DNA from: an uncultured SAR86 cluster bacterium | GTDB taxonomy: Bacteria; Pseudomonadota; Gammaproteobacteria; Magnimaribacterales; D2472 | Reading direction: 5' to 3' | DNA length: 64,000 nucleotides | NCBI GenBank assembly: GCA_964275345.1 | Contig: CAXYBK010000002.1 | Coordinates: forward strand, 6,684 to 70,683 | Shown here: positions 1-11,050 of the stretch, piece after piece | How the letters are laid out: every line of letters starts with the position of its first letter | How positions within the stretch are numbered: the first letter of the stretch is position 1 | The notes under the pieces: generated by a model | The model's database searches: none | What the model saw: the letters and a program-made list of their open reading frames with translations, nothing else | What the model was told of the DNA's origin: nothing | Position numbers and translations under genes: made by a program

Positions 1-2
1 AT

Positions 3-272
3 TTTCCTGAAGAGTATCAAAATACTCTTTTTATAACTCTTCATGGGTCTTGGAATAGAATCTCTCACCCTTCAGGTTATACAGTGGTTGCTGTCTCCAC
101 AGACAAACAAGGCAATGTTACTGGATATAATGATTTTATAACTGGATTTCTTCAAGGGAAAAAGGCTTGGGGCAGACCATCGGCTCCATTTATGATGTCA
201 GATGGATCGCTTTTGGTTTCTGATGATAAATATGATGTAATTTATCGAGTTACATATAACCCAGAATCATAA
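3..272 (+). CDS. PQQ-dependent sugar/sorbosone dehydrogenase family, C-terminal part (5' truncated by window edge)
   Basis: Frame is open from base 3: FPEEYQNTLFITLHGSWNR..GY..V...FITGFL..AWGRP......DGSLLVSDD, typical of the glucose/sorbosone dehydrogenase propeller C-terminus. Confidence 0.8.
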   Translation, partial: FPEEYQNTLFITLHGSWNRISHPSGYTVVAVSTDKQGNVTGYNDFITGFLQGKKAWGRPSAPFMMSDGSLLVSDDKYDVIYRVTYNPES

Positions 273-273
273 A

Positions 274-1305
274 ATGTCTCTGAGAGTCGGTATTGCTGGG
301 TATGGAATAGTTGGTAAGACAAGGCACAAAGTTTTAGCTCAACATGAAGCATTTGATGTTATCGCTGTCTCTGATATTAACTTTAAAGAAAATCCTATTG
401 AATTAGACAATATTCATACCTATTGTGAGTATGAAGATCTAATTAATGCCGAAGATTTAGATGTTTTATTTGTAAGCCTTCCGAATAAACTAGCTTCAGA
501 GGCTACCCTCACAGGCTTAAAAAAAGGCTTACATGTTTTTTGTGAAAAGCCACCAGCAAGAAGTCTAGAAGAACTTTATCCAATAAGAGATTATTTAAAA
601 GAAAATACTGATCTTAAATTAATGTATGGCTTTAATCATAGATTTCATGCATCCATAATTGACGCCATTAGTATTATTAGAGATGGCTCCTTAGGCGAGG
701 TTGTTAATCTCAGGGGTGTTTACGGCAAGTCTAATATGATAAGTTTTAATCAGACTGACTGGAGAACGAAGCGATCTGAGTCAGGAGGTGGAATACTTTT
801 AGATCAAGGTATTCACATGCTGGATTTAATGAGATATTTTGCTGGAGATTTTACTAGTGTGCATTCGTTTATAAGCAATTCTTTTTGGAATTTTGACGTT
901 GAGGACAATGCTTATGTGATGATGAAATCAGATACTGGAATAGTTGCTCAGTTAATGTCATCTGCCACCCAATGGCAACATACTTTTAATTTAAACATTA
1001 CATTAGAAAAAGGCTCTCTTGTTTTAGGAGGTCTTAGAACGAGTTCAAAAAGCTATGGTGAAGAAACCCTAAGAATTATTTCATCTGATTCTGGAAAGCT
1101 TAATACAAAGCCTCAAGTAGAGGAGAGAAGTTATGATGAGGATATATCTTGGGATGAAGAGATTAAGTGTTTCGCTGGGGTATTATTAAATTCTGATAAT
1201 ATAGAAAATGGTTCTATTGATGAAGCTTTAAAAATTATGGAACTTGTTGAAACAATTTATAAAGCTGATCCAGAGTGGAGAGCAAAATATTACAATGAAT
1301 CTTGA
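274..1305 (+). CDS. Gfo/Idh/MocA family NAD(P)-dependent oxidoreductase
   Basis: GIAGYGIVG Rossmann motif, HVFCEKP, GFNHRF, GGGILLDQGIHMLD. Confidence 0.9.
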   Translation: MSLRVGIAGYGIVGKTRHKVLAQHEAFDVIAVSDINFKENPIELDNIHTYCEYEDLINAEDLDVLFVSLPNKLASEATLTGLKKGLHVFCEKPPARSLEELYPIRDYLKENTDLKLMYGFNHRFHASIIDAISIIRDGSLGEVVNLRGVYGKSNMISFNQTDWRTKRSESGGGILLDQGIHMLDLMRYFAGDFTSVHSFISNSFWNFDVEDNAYVMMKSDTGIVAQLMSSATQWQHTFNLNITLEKGSLVLGGLRTSSKSYGEETLRIISSDSGKLNTKPQVEERSYDEDISWDEEIKCFAGVLLNSDNIENGSIDEALKIMELVETIYKADPEWRAKYYNES

Positions 1306-2047
1306 TAAAGAGTATAAGTTAGCAAAAATAGCAGCCAAAGAAGCTGGAAATTTTTTGATTAGTGAAAAAGAGAATATTTCTGCAACTATATTTTCTAAAG
1401 ATAAAGATATAAAGCTTCAAGCTGACATTCAAACAGAAGCGCTAATTAAAGCTATTCTAGAAAAAGATTCAAGTTTTCCAATATTAGGCGAAGAGTCGGG
1501 TGCTTCAATAAAAGAATTAGGTGAAACCTACTGGGTTGTTGATCCTTTAGATGGAACTGCTAATTTTGCCAGGAATATTCCAATTAGTTGTGTTTCGATT
1601 GCTCTTATAGATAATAATCAGCCTGTTTTAGGGGTAATTTATGATTTTAATCATGATGATATGTACTCTGGATCAAAATATCATAAAGCCGAAATGAATG
1701 ATCTTGAGATTAAAGTTTCTCAAGTTCAAGAAAAAAGTTTAGCTACGATAGTTACTGGCTTGCCAGCAAAAACAGATTTTTCTGATACAGCAATGCAAAA
1801 AATGATCAATGATTTTCAGTCATGGAAAAAAGTAAGAATGATTGGGTCTGCTGCAATGGCATCAGTTTATGTGGCTTCAGGTAAAGCAGACTTGTATAAG
1901 GAATTTGGTATTTATTTGTGGGATATCGCAGCGGGAGCAGCAATTGTAGAGGCAGCTGGTGGGAAAGTTTCTTTATTAAATCAAAATGATGCTTATCAAG
2001 TGGATGCATTTTTTTCAAATGAATTTTTAGAAAATGAACACTCTTGA
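1295..2047 (+). CDS. Inositol monophosphatase family protein
   Basis: ILGEE, WVVDPLDGTANF, WDIAAG motifs; ATG at 1295 overlapping the upstream stop preferred over TTG at 1244. Confidence 0.9.
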   Translation: MNLDKEYKLAKIAAKEAGNFLISEKENISATIFSKDKDIKLQADIQTEALIKAILEKDSSFPILGEESGASIKELGETYWVVDPLDGTANFARNIPISCVSIALIDNNQPVLGVIYDFNHDDMYSGSKYHKAEMNDLEIKVSQVQEKSLATIVTGLPAKTDFSDTAMQKMINDFQSWKKVRMIGSAAMASVYVASGKADLYKEFGIYLWDIAAGAAIVEAAGGKVSLLNQNDAYQVDAFFSNEFLENEHS

Positions 2048-3001
2048 TAAAATAGCTATAACCTCTAGATCCTTTTCAGCTAATAAATATTTAGTTGACG
2101 AATTAAGATCTAGATATACAAATATTACTTTAAACAATTCTGGCAAAACTCTTGTTGGTGCTGATCTGCTTGAATTTTTAGATGGGCAAAATAAAGTTAT
2201 TGTAGGCTTAGAAAATTTTGATAAAAATTTGATAGATCAACTGCCTGAATTAAAAGTTATCAGTAAGTTTGGAGTTGGACTTAATAATATTGACCTTAAA
2301 TCAATGAAAGAACATTCTATTTCTTTAGGTTTTCAGCCTGGAACTAACAAACAGTCTGTTGCTGAGCTAGCTTTAATGCATATGTTTATTGCACTTAGAA
2401 AAGCGCCATCAAGCAAAGAAGATATTTCTAATAATATTTGGAGCCAAAGTAAGGGGCATGAGCTTTTTGGTAAATCTATAGGAATTATAGGGTTTGGTAA
2501 TATTGGTCAAAGGCTTGCTGAGTTGCTTGAACCATTTAAATGCAAAATTATTTTTTATGATGTATTGAGTTCTCTAAGGAAGATTTAGTTACTAAATTCC
2601 CATCAAGATCTGAAGATTTTATAAATAGTCTGCAGCAAAGTTCATTAAATGAAGTTCTTAAAGAGGTGGATATAGTCTCTATTCACATTCCACTACTTGA
2701 AGAAACGCAAAATTTGATAAGTACTGATGAACTAGCATGCCTAAAAAAAGATGCCAGGATTATTAACACTTCAAGAGGCGGCATTGTTGATGAAAAGGCT
2801 CTAGAAGATTTTTTAAATCAAAATGAGAATGCATTTGCTGCTTTTGATGTATTTGAAAAAGAACCAGCTTTTAATCATCCTTTGTTAAAGCTAAATAATT
2901 TTTATGCAACATCTCACCTTGGTAGCATGACAATAGAAGGGGTTATCTCAATGGGTATTGCTGCAATTAATGGACTGGATGAAAATAGAATACCTCTATA
3001 A
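2034..3001 (+). CDS. D-2-hydroxyacid (phosphoglycerate dehydrogenase-like) dehydrogenase, split by a one-base frameshift near 2564
   Basis: ORF 2034-2588 has GVGLNNID and GIIGFGNIG; the second frame is open from about 2564 (IEFSKEDLV...) through SIHIPL, INTSRGGIVDE, DVFEKEP, TSHLG to 3001. Confidence 0.85.
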
Positions 3002-3010
3002 ACTTATACT

Positions 3011-3745
3011 ATGAGCAAAACTGATACATCTTTGGGAACCTGGCTTAGTCTTTATAGTGAAGCTATTGCTGAAGTTCTTGTAAATGCAGGTTATGAGTGG
3101 GTTACTGTTGATCTGGAGCATAGCGCAATTACTATTGATCAAGCTGAGAAGCTTATAAGAGTTATAGATTTAGCTGGTGCAAAACCCTATGTAAGAGTTT
3201 CAAGTAACGATGAGGTTCAAATTAAAAGAGTGCTAGATGCTGGAGCAAAAGGCATTATTGTCCCAATGGTAGAATCCAAAGAAGATGTTTTGGCTGCTAT
3301 CAATGCAACAAACTATCCTCCTAAAGGAACAAGAGGCATGGGGCTTGCAAGAGCTCAAGGTTATGGCGAAGCTAAAGCAAAAAATAATTATATTCAAAAT
3401 ACTTCAAATCAGATTGAGTTATATATTCAAATTGAATCAGAAGCAGCTTTGAATCATCTTGATGAAATATTTTCTCAAGACATAGATGGCTATATGATTG
3501 GACCTTATGATCTATCTTCATCCATGGGCATACCAGGAGATTTTTTAAATCCTGCTTTTATAAAAGCAGAAGAATCGATACTAGAGACAGCAAGAAAATA
3601 TGATATCAAAAGAGGCTATCACATAGTGGAGCCTGATTTAGAACAGCTTGAATTAAGAAAATCACAAGGCTATAACTTTATTGCTTTTAGTGTAGATTTT
3701 AGAATGTTAGATGTAATGGCGAGAACACCATTTAATAATGACTAG
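3011..3745 (+). CDS. HpcH/HpaI (GarL-like) class II pyruvate aldolase
   Basis: VDLEH, KRVLDAGAKGIIVPMV, YPPKGTRG, QIES, IGPYDLS. Confidence 0.9.
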   Translation: MSKTDTSLGTWLSLYSEAIAEVLVNAGYEWVTVDLEHSAITIDQAEKLIRVIDLAGAKPYVRVSSNDEVQIKRVLDAGAKGIIVPMVESKEDVLAAINATNYPPKGTRGMGLARAQGYGEAKAKNNYIQNTSNQIELYIQIESEAALNHLDEIFSQDIDGYMIGPYDLSSSMGIPGDFLNPAFIKAEESILETARKYDIKRGYHIVEPDLEQLELRKSQGYNFIAFSVDFRMLDVMARTPFNND

Positions 3746-4502
3746 AATTCTTGCAGTAGTTCCTGCAAGAATGAGCTCCTCAAGATTTCCAGGTAAACCT
3801 TTAAAAACAATTAATGGCATCCCTATGATTGCCCATTGTTACTTTCGAGCTTTACAAGCAAAACAAATTACTAAAGTTGTTCTTGCAACTCCTGATGAGG
3901 AGATTATGCAATTTGGTAAAGAATTTGGCATAGAAACAGTTCTGACATCTAACAAGCATGAAAGAGCAACTGAGCGAGCAGAAGAAGCACTCCAGATATA
4001 TAAAAAGCAGGGCGAAGAATATGATTATGTCCTGTTACTTCAAGGAGATGAGCCTCAAATTGATCCTAAAGAAATAGATAATCTTGCTTTAGCACTTCAA
4101 AATAGCTCAAATTGCGTAGTCAATATTATTCATCCTATAAAAGGAGATGATATGCATAACCCTAGTGTTGTTAAGTCCATATTAGACTCACATGGCAATA
4201 TATTATTTTTTAGTAGAGCTCACATACCCTATAAATCAGATTCAGGATATAGGCAGCTTGGCATGATTGGATTTACTGCAAAAATCCTAGAAAAATACTG
4301 TGAGTTGGAGCCTACAAAACTAGAAATTACAGAGTCCATAGATATGATGCGATTTTTAGAAAATGATATTGCAATAAGCTCTCTTATGACTCATAAATCT
4401 ATTATTGGAGTTGATCATCCAGAAGATATTAAAAAAGTTGAATTGCTTATGGCTGATGATGAATTAGTAGATGCATATTCAAATCTTTTTATAAAAAAGT
4501 AA
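3738..4502 (+). CDS. kdsB: 3-deoxy-manno-octulosonate cytidylyltransferase (CMP-Kdo synthetase) family
   Basis: PARMSSSRFPGKPL, LQGDEP, FSR..IP, LE..ESID.MRFLE, GVDHPED; true substrate may not be Kdo. Confidence 0.75.
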   Translation: MTRILAVVPARMSSSRFPGKPLKTINGIPMIAHCYFRALQAKQITKVVLATPDEEIMQFGKEFGIETVLTSNKHERATERAEEALQIYKKQGEEYDYVLLLQGDEPQIDPKEIDNLALALQNSSNCVVNIIHPIKGDDMHNPSVVKSILDSHGNILFFSRAHIPYKSDSGYRQLGMIGFTAKILEKYCELEPTKLEITESIDMMRFLENDIAISSLMTHKSIIGVDHPEDIKKVELLMADDELVDAYSNLFIKK

Positions 4503-4503
4503 T

Positions 4504-5502
4504 ATGAGAACATTAATTCTGAGTGATGGCATTCCTGGACACTTTAATCAGTCTAGAGGCGTTGCATCTTTATTAAAAGAAGACATTGATCTAAATGAAG
4601 AAGTTATAAAGCTTGAGCCAAAAATAAAATCTCTTCGATCACCAATTAAATTAATTGCAAGATACTTATGTAATAACCTTACTCAATTTAAAGCTAAAAT
4701 CATTATAAATTTATTTAAATCCATAGATTCTTCTGATGCAAAACTTATTATTGCAGCAGGGGGGAATACAGCAGCATATTCTGCAGCATTATCTCTATTA
4801 ACGGATATTCCAAATATTCAATTGGGTTCCCCTAGAGGTATTCATTCTAAAAATTTTAATGCCCATTTAACAATTGAAAGATATTTTGATGTTCCAAATA
4901 ACCTAGTTTTAGATATAACCCCCAATCTTTATTCACCAGAGTTATGCATGAATGCCGCAAATGAAAAGGCTTTTTTAAATTCTGCTCTACTGCTTATAGG
5001 TGGTCAGGGTATTGGTTATTCATACGTAGACGCAGAATGGAATCAATTGATTAAGAATATTATTGATTTTACTAATATAACGCATTCCAAAATTACAATT
5101 GTGACGTCTAGAAGAACAGATCCATCTATAGAAGCATTATTAAAAAGCAGTTTAAGTGATTACTTTACAGATGATTCAATTTGGTTTCATGATGGAGGAG
5201 CTAATGCGAATTTAGCTGAATTATTTGGCAATGCTGCTAAAATTTTTGTTACCGAAGATAGTGCAATGATGATTTCTGAATCGATAAGTAGTGGAAAAAA
5301 AGTTACGACTCTTTTCCCTGCCTCTATAGATACACCTTTACGATACAGTAAGCATATTCAAAAGTACCGAGACCTTAATCTTATTGATAGTCAAAGTATT
5401 AAAAACCAATTGAGCTTTGAAGACGGCAAAGATAATATTGAAAAAATTAATTTAATTAGAAAAGATTTAAAAAGAAGTATCTTTACAAGGATTGAAATAT
5501 GA
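4504..5502 (+). CDS. ELM1/GtrOC1 family putative glycosyltransferase
   Basis: LSDG.PGH.NQS.G, LLIGG, TSRRT, VTEDSAMMISE...SGK motifs of the ELM1-like family. Confidence 0.8.
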   Translation: MRTLILSDGIPGHFNQSRGVASLLKEDIDLNEEVIKLEPKIKSLRSPIKLIARYLCNNLTQFKAKIIINLFKSIDSSDAKLIIAAGGNTAAYSAALSLLTDIPNIQLGSPRGIHSKNFNAHLTIERYFDVPNNLVLDITPNLYSPELCMNAANEKAFLNSALLLIGGQGIGYSYVDAEWNQLIKNIIDFTNITHSKITIVTSRRTDPSIEALLKSSLSDYFTDDSIWFHDGGANANLAELFGNAAKIFVTEDSAMMISESISSGKKVTTLFPASIDTPLRYSKHIQKYRDLNLIDSQSIKNQLSFEDGKDNIEKINLIRKDLKRSIFTRIEI

Positions 5503-6917
5503 AAGGACTAGTCTGGCTTAGAAATGATATAAGAATGGATGATAATCCTGCTCTTAAAACAGCGTTTGAGGAGTGTGACTCAGTTATATCTGTTTATGCA
5601 TGGTCTCCTGAACAACTTAAGAAACATAATGAAGCAAACATAAAACAAGATTTTTTAGTACAAAATCTCAAATCTTTAGCTGCTAACTTGAATGCAGTAA
5701 ATGTTCCACTGCTTATCATGGAGAGTGAAAGCTTTCATGCTGTAAAAGACGAAATTGCTAAACTTATTCAAGAGCATTCAATAAATAAGATTTACTGGAA
5801 TAAAGAATTTGCCTTAGATGAAATTAATAGAGACAAAGATGTCCATGATGCCTTAGAAGCTCAAAGCGTTGAGATACAAATATTTAATGATCAAATAATT
5901 TATGAGCCTGGTTTTTTAAGAACAGGTCAAGACAATCCATTCTCTGTATTTACACCTTTTAAAAGAAGATGGATTGAAAATTTCGATATGAAATTTTTGG
6001 ATATTGAATTTGATTATCCAATGAAAGATAAGCTTAACTTTGAATCAAATGTAGATACATTTGATTTTGGTTTTACCTCTACCCATGGAGTTGATATGAA
6101 TCTTTGGCCGATAGGTGAAGCAAGCGCATTAGATAGAGTAAATGATTTTCTTGATAACAAAGCAGTAGACTATTCAAAGAATAGAAATGATCCTATTTTA
6201 GATGGAACCAGTAGAATTTCACCCTATCTTGCACTTGGTATTATTTCTTCAAAAAGATGCATTTTAGAAGGTCTTAAAAAAAATAATTTTGAATTAAGTT
6301 CCGGGAATATTGGTATTACAAAGTGGATTGATGAGATAGTTTGGAGAGAATTCTATCGAAATATCATGTATTCCTTTCCAAAAGTAAGCAAAGGTCAGCC
6401 TTTTCAAGACTATACAAAGAATATTGAATGGGTCTTTAATGAAGATCATCTCAATGCATGGAAAAATGGTAATACAGGTTTTCCATTAATTGATGCAGCT
6501 ATGAGGCAATTGCTCCATGAAGGCTGGATGCACAATAGACTCAGGATGGTTGTAGCCATGTTCTTTACTAAAAATATGTTGCACGATTGGCGATTAGGCG
6601 AAGCATATTTTATGCAGAACCTTATAGATGGAGATTTTGCATCCAATAATGGTGGTTGGCAGTGGAGCAGTTCAACTGGAACAGATGCTGCGCCTTATTT
6701 CAGGATCTTTAATCCTGTAACTCAATCTAAAAATTTTGATAAAGAAGGTTTATTTATTAAAAAGTATGTTCCTGAACTTCAAGATTTAGATAAGTCGGTT
6801 ATCCATGATCCTCCTGTTGAACATAGGAAATATTGTAATTATCCGCTGCAGATTTTAGATCTAAAAGAATCTAGAGTTAGAGCAATTGAAGTCTTTAATA
6901 AAGCTAAGAATACATAG
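5499..6917 (+). CDS. phrB: Class I CPD deoxyribodipyrimidine photolyase
   Basis: WLRNDIRMDDNPAL, TSRISPYL, WREFY, GWMHNRLRM, NNGGWQW, YFRIFNP. Confidence 0.95.
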   Translation: MKGLVWLRNDIRMDDNPALKTAFEECDSVISVYAWSPEQLKKHNEANIKQDFLVQNLKSLAANLNAVNVPLLIMESESFHAVKDEIAKLIQEHSINKIYWNKEFALDEINRDKDVHDALEAQSVEIQIFNDQIIYEPGFLRTGQDNPFSVFTPFKRRWIENFDMKFLDIEFDYPMKDKLNFESNVDTFDFGFTSTHGVDMNLWPIGEASALDRVNDFLDNKAVDYSKNRNDPILDGTSRISPYLALGIISSKRCILEGLKKNNFELSSGNIGITKWIDEIVWREFYRNIMYSFPKVSKGQPFQDYTKNIEWVFNEDHLNAWKNGNTGFPLIDAAMRQLLHEGWMHNRLRMVVAMFFTKNMLHDWRLGEAYFMQNLIDGDFASNNGGWQWSSSTGTDAAPYFRIFNPVTQSKNFDKEGLFIKKYVPELQDLDKSVIHDPPVEHRKYCNYPLQILDLKESRVRAIEVFNKAKNT

Positions 6918-6997
6918 CTCTTTAAAGTCTATAGTCTAGTTATTTCTTCTTATGTATACTTTACAAATAATAGCTTATCTATAGGGGAGCAAATATT

Positions 6998-8677
6998 ATG
7001 AAAGAGTTTCTTACAGACCTCGAGATAGCAAATGCTGCCTCAAAAAATGATATTACAGATATTGGTAATTTAATTGGGATTCCAAGCGATGCCTTAATTC
7101 CTTATGGAAATGATAAAGCTAAAGTAACCTATGACTTTATAGATAGTTGTAAGGATAAAAAAGACGGCAAACTAATTCTTGTTACAGCTATATCTCCTAC
7201 TCCAGCTGGGGAAGGTAAAACCACAACAAGTGTTGGTTTAGTTGATGGTTTATGTCATTTAGATAAAAAAGCCATGATCTGTCTTAGAGAACCAAGCCTT
7301 GGTCCTTGCTTTGGAATGAAAGGTGGAGCAGCCGGAGGTGGTTACGCTCAAGTTATACCAATGACTGATATTAATCTTCATTTTACTGGAGACTTCCATG
7401 CAATTGGTGCTGCTCATAATCTAGTCTCAGCCATCATTGATAATCATATGCATTGGGAGAATTCTTTGAATATAGACCCAAGAAGAATTACTTGGAAAAG
7501 AGTGGTTGATATGAATGATAGATCACTAAGAGATATTACTTGCGGCCTAGGCGGTCCAGGAAATGGAATTCCCAGACAAAGTGGGTTTGATATAACAGTA
7601 GCCTCAGAAATAATGGCAGTTTTTTGCCTAGCTTCAGACTTGGAAGATCTGGAAACAAGAGTTAGCAACATTACTATTGGTTATTCAAGAGATTTAAAAC
7701 CAGTAACCATAAAGCAATTAAACGCTCATGGCGCAGTAACTGCATTATTAAGAGATGCTCTTCAGCCAAATCTAGTGCAAACGCTTGAAAATAATCCTGC
7801 ATTTATGCATGGCGGACCATTTGCAAATATAGCTCATGGATGTAATTCGGTTGTAGCTACTAAAACAGCTTTAAAACTTTCTGATTATGTTGTAACTGAG
7901 GCAGGTTTTGGTGCTGACTTAGGCGCTGAAAAATTCTTTGATATTAAATGCAGAAAAGCTGGACTTGCCCCTGATGCTGTTGTTCTGGTTGCAACCACTA
8001 AAGCATTAAAAATGCATGGCGGTATTTTAAAAGATGACTTAAAGGCAGAGAATGTTGAAGCTATTATTAAAGGCTGTAAAAATTTAGAAAAACATATTGA
8101 AAATATAAGTAAATTTGGGGTGCCAGTTGTTGTAGGTATTAATGAATACATTACAGATACCAAAGAAGAACACCAAGCCATCATCGATTTTTGCAAGCAG
8201 CTAGGGGTTGAATGCAAAATTTCGTCTCATTGGTCAGATGGCGGAAAAGGTGCTGCTGATTTAGCAGAGTGTGTTGCTAATATTGTTGATTCTAAGGAGT
8301 CTGATTTCAAAACTCTGTATCAAGATGACATGCCTTTACTAGAAAAAATAAAACATATCGCACAAAGTATTTATGGAGCAGACGATATTACTATTGATAA
8401 AAAAGTTAGCCAGCAATTAGCTGATTTTGATAAAAATGGCTACGGGCACTACCCCATTTGTATGGCAAAAACCCAATATAGTTTCTCAACAGATCCTTTA
8501 TTAATGGGAGCTCCAACTGGACATGATATCCCAATAAGAGAAGTGCGCTTGTGTTCTGGTGCAGAATTTATTGTAGTTATTTGTGGCGCTATTATGACTA
8601 TGCCAGGATTGCCAAGAAAGCCTGCTTCAGAAAACATAGGCATCGATAAAGATAAAAATATAGAAGGCTTATTTTAA
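6998..8677 (+). CDS. fhs: Formate--tetrahydrofolate ligase
   Basis: [49 protein letters not shown]. Confidence 0.97.
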   Translation: MKEFLTDLEIANAASKNDITDIGNLIGIPSDALIPYGNDKAKVTYDFIDSCKDKKDGKLILVTAISPTPAGEGKTTTSVGLVDGLCHLDKKAMICLREPSLGPCFGMKGGAAGGGYAQVIPMTDINLHFTGDFHAIGAAHNLVSAIIDNHMHWENSLNIDPRRITWKRVVDMNDRSLRDITCGLGGPGNGIPRQSGFDITVASEIMAVFCLASDLEDLETRVSNITIGYSRDLKPVTIKQLNAHGAVTALLRDALQPNLVQTLENNPAFMHGGPFANIAHGCNSVVATKTALKLSDYVVTEAGFGADLGAEKFFDIKCRKAGLAPDAVVLVATTKALKMHGGILKDDLKAENVEAIIKGCKNLEKHIENISKFGVPVVVGINEYITDTKEEHQAIIDFCKQLGVECKISSHWSDGGKGAADLAECVANIVDSKESDFKTLYQDDMPLLEKIKHIAQSIYGADDITIDKKVSQQLADFDKNGYGHYPICMAKTQYSFSTDPLLMGAPTGHDIPIREVRLCSGAEFIVVICGAIMTMPGLPRKPASENIGIDKDKNIEGLF

Positions 8678-8760
8678 TTCTTTAGCATTTTTGCTTTATA
8701 GCATGCGTGTTAATGAATTATAATTTTATTCCTTTAATTTAATACCTTGGAGTTTTGGTT

Positions 8761-10179
8761 ATGAAAGATAAATTAGATTTTTACATTAATGGTCAGTGGG
8801 TTCAATCTGAGTCTAGTGAAACTATTGAGGTAATCAATCCTGCAAATGAAAATATAATAGGCCATGTTTCTGCTGGAACAAAAGAAGATATTAATAAGGC
8901 AGTTATTGCAGCTTCAGATGCTTTTCAAACATTTCAATATTCATCAAAGGATGATCGAATTGAGTTGTTAAATAACATTGTTTCAGAATATGAAAATAGA
9001 TATCAAGACTTTGTTGATACCATTACTGAGGAAATGGGTTCTCCTATTTGGCTTTCTAGTGCAGCTCAAGCAAAAACAGGTATTAAGAATATTAATGAAA
9101 CATTAGATGCCTTAAAAGAATATGAATTCGAAAAAGAAGAGGGCGAATACATTTTAATAAAAGAGCCTATAGGAGTTGTTGGTATGATTACTCCTTGGAA
9201 TTGGCCAATGAATCAAATTACTACAAAAGTATCAGCAGCACTGGCAGCTGGTTGCACCATGGTTTTAAAGCCTAGTGAAATTTCACCTTACTGTGGAATG
9301 CTTTTGGCCGAGGTTTTTGATAAAGCTGGGGTGCCTGATGGTGTTTTTAATCTTGTAAATGGTTATGGTCCAATTGTTGGAGCAGCACTTTCAGAACACA
9401 AAGATGTAGATATGATGTCATTTACTGGTTCTACTAGGGCTGGTATAGCTGTTGCTCAAGCATCTGCAACATCAGTAAAACGTGTCCATCAAGAGCTTGG
9501 AGGTAAATCATCTAATATAGTTCTTGATGATGTTGCCGATTTAGAAAAATCAGTTAAAGGTGGAGCTGGCCATTGTTTTTTAAATTCAGGCCAGTCATGT
9601 AATGCACCAACAAAAATGCTGGTGTCGTCTAAAAATTATGACAAAGCAGTAGAAGTTGCTGCTTTAACTGCTAAAAATACTACTGTTGGAGATCCTCATG
9701 GAGAATTTAGAATTGGACCAATAGCTAACAAAGTTCAGTATGAGAAAATTTTAAGATTAATCGAGCTTGGTATTGAGGAAGGAGCAACTTTAGTAGCCGG
9801 AGGCATTGAAAAGCCTGAGGGTTGTGAGCAAGGTTATTATGTTCAACCAACAGTTTTTGCAAATGTCACCACTGATATGACTATTGCTAATGAAGAAATA
9901 TTTGGCCCAGTGCTTTGTATGATTAAATATGAAACAGAAGATGAAGCAATTGCAATTGCTAATGACACTGAGTACGGATTAGCTGGGTATATTCAAGGTG
10001 AAAAAAGCCATGCACATGAGGTTGCTAAAAAAATTAGAGCTGGTCAAGTTATCATAAATGGTGGAGCTAGAGGAACAGGCGCACCTTTTGGTGGATACAA
10101 GTCTTCAGGAAATGGAAGAGAGCATGGCCGTCATGGTTTAGAAGAGTGTCTTGAAACTAAAGCTGTTATTTCGCCTTAG
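8761..10179 (+). CDS. Aldehyde dehydrogenase family protein
   Basis: ITPWNWP, FTGST, ELGGKS, NSGQSC, EEIFGPV; GGAG at about 8749 favours ATG 8761. Confidence 0.92.
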   Translation: MKDKLDFYINGQWVQSESSETIEVINPANENIIGHVSAGTKEDINKAVIAASDAFQTFQYSSKDDRIELLNNIVSEYENRYQDFVDTITEEMGSPIWLSSAAQAKTGIKNINETLDALKEYEFEKEEGEYILIKEPIGVVGMITPWNWPMNQITTKVSAALAAGCTMVLKPSEISPYCGMLLAEVFDKAGVPDGVFNLVNGYGPIVGAALSEHKDVDMMSFTGSTRAGIAVAQASATSVKRVHQELGGKSSNIVLDDVADLEKSVKGGAGHCFLNSGQSCNAPTKMLVSSKNYDKAVEVAALTAKNTTVGDPHGEFRIGPIANKVQYEKILRLIELGIEEGATLVAGGIEKPEGCEQGYYVQPTVFANVTTDMTIANEEIFGPVLCMIKYETEDEAIAIANDTEYGLAGYIQGEKSHAHEVAKKIRAGQVIINGGARGTGAPFGGYKSSGNGREHGRHGLEECLETKAVISP

Positions 10180-10181
10180 TT

Positions 10182-10991
10182 TTAATCCAATAAATCAGGT
10201 TCTTTTTTAACAATCATATCAAATGCTGGCTGGTAACTTGCCCATGCTGCCATATCATTTGCTATAAAATTTCTAGTTTTAACTGCAGTATCGTGAGGAA
10301 TGATAATTGGATCACCTGCAGCTTCAGCCATAAGTTGAGCCTGGCAACATCTTTCCATAGACATATAAAACCATAAGGCGATATCTACCGAAGGACCAGT
10401 GGTAAGAATTCCATGATTTTGAAGAATAATCACTTTTTTATCACCTAAAGCTTTAGCAATTTCATCACCCTCATCAACTTCTTCGACAACTCCAGAAAAG
10501 TCTTTATACATTCCTTGAGTCTCATAAAATGCACATGCATCTTGTGATATTGGATCAAGAGGTTTTCCAAGAGTTGAGAAAGTCCTTCCATATATAGAAT
10601 GTGAGTGAGCAGCAGCATTTACATCTGGTCTTGCGGCATGCAATCTTGAATGAATAGCAAAGGCAGCGACATTAACGTCTTTGTCTCCTTGAACTACTTT
10701 TCCATCATGATTAACTAATATTAAATCTGAAACAGATATTTGAGAAAAATGCACACCAAGAGGATTAACCCAAAAATGATCATTAAATTCTGGATCCCTA
10801 AGAGTAATATGACCTGCAACACCCTCATTAAAACCAAAATAAGCAAACATTCTGAATCCAGCAGCTAATTTTTCTAATTGGTTTCTTCTAAGCTCTGCAA
10901 CATTAGCAAATTCAGTCATTTCTAGACCTTTGCCTTTTACAGGAAGCCTTCCGTCTGCGATATCAATTTTTATAGGTGTAACATTTGACAT
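10182..10991 (-). CDS. Class II aldolase/adducin family protein (NovR/CloR-like subgroup)
   Basis: GVAGHIT.RDP, AAFAIHSRLH..RPD, HSHS, ILQNHG. Confidence 0.88.
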   Translation of the reverse strand: MSNVTPIKIDIADGRLPVKGKGLEMTEFANVAELRRNQLEKLAAGFRMFAYFGFNEGVAGHITLRDPEFNDHFWVNPLGVHFSQISVSDLILVNHDGKVVQGDKDVNVAAFAIHSRLHAARPDVNAAAHSHSIYGRTFSTLGKPLDPISQDACAFYETQGMYKDFSGVVEEVDEGDEIAKALGDKKVIILQNHGILTTGPSVDIALWFYMSMERCCQAQLMAEAAGDPIIIPHDTAVKTRNFIANDMAAWASYQPAFDMIVKKEPDLLD

Positions 10992-11050
10992 TGTATATCC
11001 CCCTTAGAACTAATGAATGTTAAAATAGGATAACAAATAAAGACATTATT

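Noticed and set aside
2550-2600. Programmed ribosomal frameshift in the dehydrogenase
   Set aside because: No clear slippery heptamer with stimulatory structure at the shift point, and two similar indels occur in unrelated genes
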